Shown one piece after another: positions 8,336-16,649 of a DNA stretch of 64,000 nt. The notes under the pieces are model-generated. The model made no database searches and was not told the origin of the DNA. It was given only the letters and a program-made list of their open reading frames with translations. A program made the translations under genes and the position numbers. The stretch's first letter is position 1. Every line of letters starts with the position of its first letter. Source of the DNA: Armatimonadota bacterium (GTDB taxonomy: Bacteria; Armatimonadota; Fimbriimonadia; Fimbriimonadales; GBS-DC); assembly GCA_013359125.1 (NCBI GenBank), contig JABWCR010000014.1, positions 3,431 through 67,430 of the forward strand, written 5' to 3'.

Positions 8336-10840
8336 ATGATCTCTATCTTGCTTGCTTGCCTGATCGCCCAGCAGCCGATTCGTTCGGGCGACTCGCAACC
8401 GATCCATGATCCATGGAGACCCGTAACGCGGATCGACCGCACTGGTTTCAAACTCCAGTACTACACGTCGCAGCCGTGCGACTCTAGAGTTCAGGTTCGC
8501 CAAGGCGATCTGCCGATGACGACCTTTGGCAAAGGGCTTGAGAATGTTTGGGTCGGCGCGCTCACGTTCGCTCGACCGGGACAGCGAACCTTGCACGAGA
8601 TCGAGATAACAGGGCTGGAGCCGGGCAAGAAGTACTTTTATCGAATTCTTGATCCGGGCGCCGTGCCGACCGGCCAAGAAAAGCGCTGGGGCGCAAAGCC
8701 TCCGTGGCGGCGCGAGCAGAGCGTCATCACGCAGGCCTCCAGAGGCTACAAGAGCATCGTCCGCATTCCGGTCAAAGTGCTTCTGATGCCCAATGTCGTC
8801 AACCTGAAGAGCGTAACGTCGGACGCGATGCAACCGTTGCCCCTCAGCGAAGAGGAGCTTCGCATCGTCCGGCAAGAATACGCTTACACATCGCGATTTT
8901 TCTTCGTCAACAGCGGCATGAGGCTTTGGGTCGATTTTCAGATATTTGTCGATAATCGGTGGCAGCGATGGAGCGAGGAGCCAGAAGGAATCGAGGCCTT
9001 CTACAAAGGATGGCCCGCATGTCGAAGCTGGTCGGGCGAGGATTTTCGCGGACCGGGCGGCGGCGACTTCACCGTTGTGGATACGAGAAACCTCCAGGTC
9101 AAGAACGCTCAACCTGTTCAAGAAGAGACGCCCTATATGGGGCAGATCGAACAGGCCTTCCCTCGGCGATGGAACCCGACTCTAAAGAAGTGGGAGTTTT
9201 ACAACAGCGGCGGGGGCACGTTTGGAGCGGACGAATTTCCCCGAGGTGTTACCAGCCGCTCGCAGTACCTTGGCGGAGGCGACACCGCTTGGCTAGCCTG
9301 TCATGAGTTTCATCACCAACTGGAATCGCATGGCGCATTCAGTCTCAGCGATCGCGAGGATGAGCGCGTGGTTTTCAATCACTACGAACCAAGGCGCCGA
9401 GAACAGAGGCCCGATGGAACGTATGCCGAAGCGACCTGGGCGACCAGCGGCAAGCATGGCGAGCATTGGGACGGTATGGCTTTTTGGGATCGAACGCTGA
9501 CGGACGCGCAATGGTTGCGGATGTATATGTCCTATGCGGTGGTCGTCCGCGATGCCGACGAGGACGGCGTGCCGGACGACGATCCTCGCCTGCCGTTGGA
9601 TGAGAAGCGGTTTGGCAGCGACCCGAGGCGAGACAGGACGGACGGGCGCATGGGCGATTTGGACAAGACCATGCTGAGCCACTGGATACCTTCTTGCCTT
9701 CAGGCCAGTTGGACCAAGCCCCCTTTCCAAGGAGTAACTCCCAATCCTCGCAGCATCGACAGCGACGGGGACGGCCAGCCGGACGACATCGACCCGTTGC
9801 CGCTTTTTGCCTATTCCCCGTTCGTCTGGCCCAAGCGAGCGACCGTGGACGGCCAGGCCGACGAATGGCGGCATACCCCTGTTAGCGGACAGATGGACGA
9901 GGGCGGGGCCGCGCTGACCTTTAAGCATGGGCACGACGACGCGGCCTACTATGGAGTCTTCACTGTTTCGGGAGACTGGAAGCGCGTTTATGCAACTTTG
10001 GACGGCGAGGGCGAGGGCTTTTTCTCGACCAATCGCACCCTTGCGATCGAGTTTACAAACGGCGCTGACGTTGCGTTTCGTTCGATACATGGCAACAGCA
10101 AGGGCCTAAACTGGAAGGCGAGCAAATCGGGCAGTGAGACCGTCATCGAGTTCTCGATCCCCAACCGCGAGGAAGGGCCTTGGTTTTGGCGGCGCGGCGG
10201 TCGCGAGGTCGGCGTGAGCATCGACCTGTTCGACGAGAAGGGAACGGGCTATTCGGTCTACGAGCCGTATCGAGCGATCTACTTTAGGATGTTGGAGCCG
10301 CACGGACAGTTTCCTATGCCGAGCGGCGCTCCGAGCGAACTGGGGACGGACGCCAAGCGCTTTATGCCAGGGGATGCAGCCGTTGCGGTTACAGGTTCCG
10401 GCTGGCGGGTTGCGGACGGCGCATGGCGATGCGACACCCATCCCGAAACTCATCTCACGATCGAGGCGCCCGATGCGACCGAGTTCGATCTGTGGATCGA
10501 CATCGAGGCTAAGCAGGACGCGATTCTGGCAGCTTTCTTGCCCGGATCGCAGAATCCGACTGCCGGGACGGACTATGTGCTCTTTGTCGGCGGCTATGCC
10601 AACACCGTTACGCGGTTTCGGCTTTTTGGCAGAGAAGAGGGCGAGGCGGATCAGATGATGTCGCCTGGTCGCCATCGAGTTCAACTGAGCCGCCGGAACG
10701 GCACTATTTGGGGTCTGATGGACGGCAAGCCGATACTCTGGGCAAAAGACCCGAACCCGACGGCCAAGATCAATCGTCTGGCAATCATCGGAGGTTACGA
10801 CGGGAACCAAGTTGTTCGAGAAATTCGCGCCCGCTGGTAG
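8336..10840 (+). CDS. Large multidomain protein with an HExxH metallopeptidase-like motif
   Basis: Strong SD (GGAGG). Domain order as read: an FN3-like segment resembling the purple-acid-phosphatase N-domain (LHEIEITGLEPGKKYFYRI); HEFHH; two acidic Ca-binding-like motifs (DADEDGVPDDD and DSDGDGQPDDID); and C-terminal lectin-like regions. Confidence 0.8.
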   Translation: MISILLACLIAQQPIRSGDSQPIHDPWRPVTRIDRTGFKLQYYTSQPCDSRVQVRQGDLPMTTFGKGLENVWVGALTFARPGQRTLHEIEITGLEPGKKYFYRILDPGAVPTGQEKRWGAKPPWRREQSVITQASRGYKSIVRIPVKVLLMPNVVNLKSVTSDAMQPLPLSEEELRIVRQEYAYTSRFFFVNSGMRLWVDFQIFVDNRWQRWSEEPEGIEAFYKGWPACRSWSGEDFRGPGGGDFTVVDTRNLQVKNAQPVQEETPYMGQIEQAFPRRWNPTLKKWEFYNSGGGTFGADEFPRGVTSRSQYLGGGDTAWLACHEFHHQLESHGAFSLSDREDERVVFNHYEPRRREQRPDGTYAEATWATSGKHGEHWDGMAFWDRTLTDAQWLRMYMSYAVVVRDADEDGVPDDDPRLPLDEKRFGSDPRRDRTDGRMGDLDKTMLSHWIPSCLQASWTKPPFQGVTPNPRSIDSDGDGQPDDIDPLPLFAYSPFVWPKRATVDGQADEWRHTPVSGQMDEGGAALTFKHGHDDAAYYGVFTVSGDWKRVYATLDGEGEGFFSTNRTLAIEFTNGADVAFRSIHGNSKGLNWKASKSGSETVIEFSIPNREEGPWFWRRGGREVGVSIDLFDEKGTGYSVYEPYRAIYFRMLEPHGQFPMPSGAPSELGTDAKRFMPGDAAVAVTGSGWRVADGAWRCDTHPETHLTIEAPDATEFDLWIDIEAKQDAILAAFLPGSQNPTAGTDYVLFVGGYANTVTRFRLFGREEGEADQMMSPGRHRVQLSRRNGTIWGLMDGKPILWAKDPNPTAKINRLAIIGGYDGNQVVREIRARW

Positions 10841-10843
10841 AAT
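10838..10843 (+). promoter_or_regulatory. -10 box (GGTAGAAT) 6 nt upstream of the GTG start at 10850; implies a leaderless mRNA
   Basis: TGGTAGAAT tccatt GTG, with no SD between the box and the start. Confidence 0.4.
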
Positions 10844-10849
10844 TCCATT

Positions 10850-11362
10850 GTGCTACAAAAGAAGTTAAGCCGAACCAAAGTCTCGCTGGTGGGCGGCGGG
10901 AGCGCGACTCTGCCCGACGCACGGCCCGCGCTTGTGCTTTTTGTCGGCCACGAATGCCCCATCGCTAACGCCTATGCGCCGGAAGTCTCTCGCATTGCTG
11001 CCGAGTACGCCAAGAAAGGCGTCAAAACTCTTCTCGTCTATCCCGATCCAGCATTGAACGGGAAGACGATTCAGCGCCACCAACAGGAGTTTAAGCTGCC
11101 GAGCATGGCGATACACGATAAGGAGCACAAGTTGGTGAACGCCTTTGGCGCGACCGTAACTCCTCAGGCCTTTCTATTGTTGCCAAACGGCGAGATCGCG
11201 TACCAAGGACGTATAGACGACCGGTATGCCGACTACTCGAAACTGCGGCGCGAACCCAATCGGCGCGATTTGCGCAATGCTCTTGACGCGGTTCTTGCCG
11301 GAAAGAAGCCACAAGTTCGTGAAACCGTGGCGCTCGGGTGTGTAATTCCCTCGCGCAAATGA
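10850..11362 (+). CDS. Thioredoxin-fold (redoxin-like) protein with a single-Cys CPxA motif
   Basis: LVLFVGHECPIANAY plus TPQAFLLLPNGEIAYQGRIDD. It is paralogous to the C-terminal half of the 30135-31211 protein. Confidence 0.75.
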   Translation: MLQKKLSRTKVSLVGGGSATLPDARPALVLFVGHECPIANAYAPEVSRIAAEYAKKGVKTLLVYPDPALNGKTIQRHQQEFKLPSMAIHDKEHKLVNAFGATVTPQAFLLLPNGEIAYQGRIDDRYADYSKLRREPNRRDLRNALDAVLAGKKPQVRETVALGCVIPSRK

Positions 11363-12537
11363 AGTTCCTGTTAGTCATTTCCGTCCTCTTTGCGGCTGTG
11401 CAACCGCCTACGTATAGCGATCAGATTGCAGCGATCTTGGACGAACACTGCGCGCCCTGCCATCGAGCCAATGCGATCGGCCCGTTTACCCTGACCGACT
11501 ACGAATCGGCGCGGAAGCGCGCGCCTCAACTGGCCTATGTGGCGCAACGACGACTGATGCCGCCTTGGAAAGCCGAGCCTTGCGACGTGGCATTCGAAGG
11601 CGAACGAAGGTTGACGAGGGAACAGATTCGCCTCATCGACGACTGGGCGGCCGCCGGCGCCCCCGAAGGCGATCCAAGGCGACGCCCCAAACCGCCGAGT
11701 TTTAGCCAGGGATGGGCGCTGGGGCAGCCGGACGAGATCGTACAGCTGCCCAGAGAGCACGCCATTCCCGCAGAGGGGCGCGATCTGTTCTATACGTTCG
11801 CCATCCCACTGAGGGCAGACAAGGAGAGATATGTCAGCGCAATCCAAGTCATGCCCAGCAATCCGCGCGTGCTGCACCACGTGCTGGTCTATGCGAACAA
11901 GCAGAACCTTCCGAGCGGCAAGGCGCTCGCGCCGCACGATCCCGATTCGTTCCTCTTCATTTGGTCTCCAGGGCATCCGACAGTTAAACTGCCTGAAGGC
12001 ATCTACAAACGAATTCCGGCTGGTTCGGGTCTGCTGGTCCAAGCGCACTACCATGCAACGGGGAGAGAGGAGCGCGATCGGCTCAGAATCGGTCTTTACT
12101 ACGCTGGGCAACCCAAGGACGAGGTTGAGATGGTTGAGATTGCGCCAAAACTGCCGACGATCCCGGCCAATGAAAGTCGATTCTTGATCCAAGAGACCGT
12201 CAAGATCGATAAAGATCGGACGCTGTTAGGCATCGTCCCCCATGCCCGGTTGCTGTGCGTTGAGGTTAGGCTGACTCTGAGATTGCCGACCGGGGAAACC
12301 AAATCGCTTCTGATCATTCGCGACTGGGACTTTAACTGGCAGGATCGATATGTGCTCAAGGAGCCTTTGACTTTACCAAAGGGCTCTCAGTTGACTGCTC
12401 GGTTCATTTATGATAACTCTTCGGCGAATCCTCGGAATCCCATCGCTCCGCCTCGACCAATAGCCGCTGGACAGGGGTTGGAAGACGAGACCGCGTTGAT
12501 CTGGCTCGAAACGCTGCCCGCCAAGACGGTACAATGA
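11359..12537 (+). CDS. Secreted c-type heme (CxxCH) domain fused to a copper type II monooxygenase-like domain
   Basis: Signal peptide MKFLLVISVLFAA. Carries CAPCH, plus HH (VLHHVLVY) and HxH (QAHYHATG) arranged as in PHM/DBH-type Cu sites. The ATG at 11359 overlaps the upstream stop (ATGA). Confidence 0.75.
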   Translation: MKFLLVISVLFAAVQPPTYSDQIAAILDEHCAPCHRANAIGPFTLTDYESARKRAPQLAYVAQRRLMPPWKAEPCDVAFEGERRLTREQIRLIDDWAAAGAPEGDPRRRPKPPSFSQGWALGQPDEIVQLPREHAIPAEGRDLFYTFAIPLRADKERYVSAIQVMPSNPRVLHHVLVYANKQNLPSGKALAPHDPDSFLFIWSPGHPTVKLPEGIYKRIPAGSGLLVQAHYHATGREERDRLRIGLYYAGQPKDEVEMVEIAPKLPTIPANESRFLIQETVKIDKDRTLLGIVPHARLLCVEVRLTLRLPTGETKSLLIIRDWDFNWQDRYVLKEPLTLPKGSQLTARFIYDNSSANPRNPIAPPRPIAAGQGLEDETALIWLETLPAKTVQ

Positions 12538-12559
12538 TGCGGAATCGGAGGAAGACCCA

Positions 12560-13672
12560 GTGAGCGTGCTTTATCAGCAGAGAGCAGAAAGATTGCGCAT
12601 GGCGATGCTTCAGGACGGCGTCGATCTCTATTTGGCCGCCACCCAGGTCAACATGGGCTATTTTAGCGGCTTTCGCGAGGCGCCGCTCGAGCGCATGATG
12701 TTTCTTGCAATCCCCCTTAAGGGCGATCCGATCTGGTTTATGCCGAGCCTGAGCGCCGAGAGCGCGCAATCGAACTCGGCAGGCTATGCTGTTCGCTATG
12801 TCTGGCACGATTCTGAAGGCTATCGAAAGGCGCTAGGGCAGTTTGCGCACGATTTAGACCTTGGCTCTGCCGTCATCGCCGTCGATGACGAGACGCCGTC
12901 TGTTTTTCTATTAGGGCTTCAAGAGGCGATTCCGGGCGCGCTTTTTCGCAGCGGTTGGCCGACCGTTGCCAAGGTTCGCTCAATCAAGGACGCGAACGAG
13001 ATTGCACACATGCGCGCTGCAGCGGCTCTTACGGACGCCGCAGTGGCCGACGGCTTAGAACTTTGCGCTCCCGGCCACACGGAGATCGCGATAGGGGTGG
13101 CTTTGGAAAGGGCATTGGCGCAAAGCGGCTCCCGCTTGGCCTTTGCCGGTCCCATTGTCGCTTCCGGGCCGAACAGTTCAAAGCCCCATTACGAGAAAGG
13201 GCATCGAGAAGTGCAGCCGGGCGATGTGGTCGTGATCGATTTTGGCGGCGTCGTTGAGGGTTATTGCAACGACATCACGCGCTGCGTCTGCGTCGGCAGA
13301 GCAAACGATGATGTGAGAAGGGTCTACGAGACCGTCCATCGCGCTTATGAGGCTGGGCTGGAGACAGCGGGCCCGGGCGTGCCGGCTCAAGAAGTGGACC
13401 GCGCCGCTCGCAAGGTCATCGCCGATGCTGGATATGGAGAGTACTTTGTTCATCGCACGGGGCACGGAATTGGTCTATCCGTGCACGAGCCCCCCTATAT
13501 CGTAGAGACCAATGCCGAGCCGCTTCAGGCCGGAAACTGCTTCACCATTGAGCCAGGCATCTATCTGCCCGGACAGTTCGGCATCCGGATCGAGAACGTT
13601 TGCCTGGTAACCGAGAGCGGCTGCGAATCGCTGAACGCCGAGCCCAGCGCAGACATTCGAGAAATCGGCTAA
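12560..13672 (+). CDS. M24-family Xaa-Pro aminopeptidase/dipeptidase
   Basis: VVIDFGG, HRTGHGIGLSVHEPP and GIRIEN match the pita-bread metal ligand pattern. An SD (GGAGGA) precedes the GTG. Confidence 0.9.
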   Translation: MSVLYQQRAERLRMAMLQDGVDLYLAATQVNMGYFSGFREAPLERMMFLAIPLKGDPIWFMPSLSAESAQSNSAGYAVRYVWHDSEGYRKALGQFAHDLDLGSAVIAVDDETPSVFLLGLQEAIPGALFRSGWPTVAKVRSIKDANEIAHMRAAAALTDAAVADGLELCAPGHTEIAIGVALERALAQSGSRLAFAGPIVASGPNSSKPHYEKGHREVQPGDVVVIDFGGVVEGYCNDITRCVCVGRANDDVRRVYETVHRAYEAGLETAGPGVPAQEVDRAARKVIADAGYGEYFVHRTGHGIGLSVHEPPYIVETNAEPLQAGNCFTIEPGIYLPGQFGIRIENVCLVTESGCESLNAEPSADIREIG

Positions 13673-13677
13673 GGGCG

Positions 13678-14334
13678 ATGGCAGGACGCCTGATCATTCG
13701 CATCGACCTCGATGCGCCTAATGTCGAGGGCCTGCCCAGTCTGGCCGATCCCTGTCAATCGATCGCATATCTGCGCCGGTTGGCGGACATCGGCGCAGAG
13801 AGCAAGAACGACCTTCAGGCATCTGCGACATTGGAGTCCATGCAAGCCTTTCATGGCGCAATCCGGACTCTCTACGACTTTGGATTGCCGATAGAGCCGC
13901 TCTTGCCCGGTCGCGATCGACCTGGCGCAGAGTTGGGCGAAATCCTGCGATACATGAAGGAACAGGGCTTTGTGCCCTCGGGCGCCTGTGCCGCGTTCGG
14001 TTCCCTACAGCCGCCCAGCGATGAGACCATCCGCAACTTCCAGTTGCGGTGGTTAAGCTCAGAAAACCACGGTCTAACGCCGACGGCGCCCGTCGATGCG
14101 GCCTACTTTCATGCCAACGGGCTCGGCCCGGCGCAAGCTTCGGCCTTCCTCCTGTCGCTGGTCGAAAGCCTGAAAGACGAGACGAATCTAATCTGGCTCC
14201 ATTGCCCGATAATGGCCGTCGCAGACCCGCGAGGAGAGATATTGAGAACGCTGTTGGGCGAAACGGAACGCCAAGGGTTAACGTATCTAACCTTTAGAGA
14301 GCATTGCGGATTGCCGCCGCTCTACCAAGATTAG
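13678..14334 (+). CDS. Hypothetical protein
   Basis: The ORF has coding-like composition. The ATG at 13678 lies just after the pepP-like stop, and the listed upstream extension overlaps that gene. No motif recognised. Confidence 0.55.
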   Translation: MAGRLIIRIDLDAPNVEGLPSLADPCQSIAYLRRLADIGAESKNDLQASATLESMQAFHGAIRTLYDFGLPIEPLLPGRDRPGAELGEILRYMKEQGFVPSGACAAFGSLQPPSDETIRNFQLRWLSSENHGLTPTAPVDAAYFHANGLGPAQASAFLLSLVESLKDETNLIWLHCPIMAVADPRGEILRTLLGETERQGLTYLTFREHCGLPPLYQD

Positions 14335-14358
14335 CCTTCGGTATAATGGCCTTACCCT

Positions 14359-16647
14359 ATGGCACAGAGAGAAAGAGCCCTGAAAGGCGTCGCGCCACGG
14401 ACCGGCAAGCGCAGAAGGAAGAAGAAAGCCCTCTGGAAGCGCATCCTTGCCGCGTTCGCGCTCTTGGTTCTCTCTTTGGTGGTCGTCGGCGTTACCTTCG
14501 TCGCAGTTGTCATCCATAACACTTCGAAACTACTCCCCTCCATCGAGGCTATTCAGAGTTTTCAGCCCTCGGGCAGCACTAAGATCCTCTCGTCGGACGG
14601 CACCGTAATGGGCGAACTTTCGGACGAGAAGCGAGAGCCGGCGCTGTTGGGCGATATGCCGCAAAACCTGATCAACGCCACCATTGCCAAGGAAGACAAG
14701 CGGTTTTGGGAGCACAAGGGCGTCGATGCCCGAGGCACCGCCCGGGCGCTTTGGGTCAACGTTACGGGCGGTCGGCTCCAACAGGGCGGAAGCACCATCA
14801 CGCAGCAGCTTGCGCGCAACATCTTCCTCTCGCAAGAGCGCACTTTGAACCGGAAAGTGCAAGAGATTCTGCTGGCGACCGAGATCGAACGCAACCGCAC
14901 CAAAGAGCAGATTCTGGAACTTTATCTGAACCAAGTCTATTACGGAAATCGCGCCTATGGCGTCAAGTCGGCGGCCCGGACCTACTTCAACAAGGATTTG
15001 AAGGACTTAACCCTCAGCGAGTGCGCGATGTTGGCCGCCATGCCGCAGCGACCTTCGGGCTACGACCCCTATGTTTATCCCGAAGAAGCCAAGCGCCAGC
15101 GCAACATCGTGCTCAATCTTATGGCCGAACAGAGCCTAATAACGACCGCTCAGCGCGATGCCGCCAAGGCGGAACCGCTGCGCCTGGCCAAGAATCCCAA
15201 GGGTTCCCACGGCTTTCGAGCGCCCTATGCCGTGATGGACATCCTGCGCGATTTGGAAGACGAGTTCTCTCGCGAGTTTCTCTATCGCGACCTGCGCGTG
15301 CAGTCGACGATCGACATGGCCATGCAGACCGCTGCAGAGAACGCTCTTAGCAAGGGTATCGCCAAGCATGCCGGCAAAGGCGTTACGCAGGGCGCTGTCG
15401 TGCTGATCGATCTGAAAACGGGCTACATTCGAGCCTTGGTCGGAGGGCGCAATTTTCGCGAAAGCCAGTACAATGCGATCACCCAAGGACGCCGCCCGCC
15501 CGGGTCCTCGTTCAAACCGCTGGTCTACGCCGTGGCCTTCGAGCATGAGAAACTGAGTCCGAGCAGCCGCCTTGTCGATGCGCCCGTTTCCTACCCGGGC
15601 GCAGCAGGCAAGCCCTGGAAGCCCAGAAACGCTAATGGCAAGTTCTCAGGAAGCGTCTCGGTCGAATCGGCCATCATCCACTCAATCAACATTCCCGCCA
15701 TCAAGGCGATGGAGCTCGTAGGCGCGCGCACCGTGGCCGAAGAGGCGCGAATCAAGTTTGGGATCGAGTCGCCGTTAGACCCTGTGTTGCCGCTGGCGTT
15801 GGGCGCGAACGCCGTGAAACCGATCGAACTGGCGCAAGCCTACTCCGTCTTTGCCAACAAAGGCGTCATGGTTCGACCCCGGCTGATTGTGGACGTACAA
15901 GACCGAGAAGGCACCGCGATCTTGGCTACTGAAAACCGCCAGCGACAAGCGATCTCCGAACAATCTGCAGAATGGATGGACGATATCCTTCGTAAGGTCG
16001 TAACCCGAGGCACAGCGACCGCCGCCAGCAAGATTCCAGAAGCCAGAGGCAAAACAGGCACCACCAACGACTATCGCGACGCTTGGTTCGTGGGCTATAC
16101 GCCCCGCTATATTGCGGTGGTATGGGTTTCCAGCGCCCAGTACAACGCGAAGTCCAAGCGATGGGACTATCTGCCCATGAAGCGCGTCTTTGGCGGCGTT
16201 GTCTGCGCGGCCATTTGGGCCGATTTGATGAACGACGTTATCGCAATCGACGCGAAGCGCAAGACTACCGAGAAACCCGATGAGAAGGTCGTCATCGAAT
16301 CGGGCGAACCGCCTTCTCCTCGAGTTCAAGAGGCGCCGTTAGACGAACCGCGAGAAGAGCAGCCCCCGAGCAACGACTGGCAGTTCTATCCGCCTTCGAC
16401 CGCTCCCAATGCGCCCAGCGAGCCAACTTTGGAGCGCACAACTCGAACGCGGCCCGCCGAGCCCAGGGAAACGGCCGCCGGCCCAAGAGCCGCCATGCCC
16501 GACGAGCCGGAGCCGATGATCAACGTTCGCATCTGCGCCGATACCGGTCAGCGAGCGACCGAGTATTGCCCGGAATCGATCGCGCGATCGATGACCGCCG
16601 ATGCTGCGCCTCGACGATCTTGCAGCCGCCACCGACCGCCCCATTAG
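14359..16647 (+). CDS. Class A penicillin-binding protein (transglycosylase/transpeptidase, PBP1A type)
   Basis: GT51 motifs EDKRFWEHKGVD and GGSTITQQLARN. Transpeptidase motifs SSFKP and KTGTT. N-terminal TM helix. Pro-rich tail with a terminal Cys/His cluster. Confidence 0.9.
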   Translation: MAQRERALKGVAPRTGKRRRKKKALWKRILAAFALLVLSLVVVGVTFVAVVIHNTSKLLPSIEAIQSFQPSGSTKILSSDGTVMGELSDEKREPALLGDMPQNLINATIAKEDKRFWEHKGVDARGTARALWVNVTGGRLQQGGSTITQQLARNIFLSQERTLNRKVQEILLATEIERNRTKEQILELYLNQVYYGNRAYGVKSAARTYFNKDLKDLTLSECAMLAAMPQRPSGYDPYVYPEEAKRQRNIVLNLMAEQSLITTAQRDAAKAEPLRLAKNPKGSHGFRAPYAVMDILRDLEDEFSREFLYRDLRVQSTIDMAMQTAAENALSKGIAKHAGKGVTQGAVVLIDLKTGYIRALVGGRNFRESQYNAITQGRRPPGSSFKPLVYAVAFEHEKLSPSSRLVDAPVSYPGAAGKPWKPRNANGKFSGSVSVESAIIHSINIPAIKAMELVGARTVAEEARIKFGIESPLDPVLPLALGANAVKPIELAQAYSVFANKGVMVRPRLIVDVQDREGTAILATENRQRQAISEQSAEWMDDILRKVVTRGTATAASKIPEARGKTGTTNDYRDAWFVGYTPRYIAVVWVSSAQYNAKSKRWDYLPMKRVFGGVVCAAIWADLMNDVIAIDAKRKTTEKPDEKVVIESGEPPSPRVQEAPLDEPREEQPPSNDWQFYPPSTAPNAPSEPTLERTTRTRPAEPRETAAGPRAAMPDEPEPMINVRICADTGQRATEYCPESIARSMTADAAPRRSCSRHRPPH

Positions 16648-16649
16648 AG

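Noticed and set aside
16566-16649. Upstream extensions of listed ORFs: 16566 (PBP2), 13600, 26005, 37998, 41937 and 33104.
   Set aside because: Each extension overlaps the preceding gene or lacks an SD. An internal ATG with an SD and/or a signal peptide gives the expected N-terminus.
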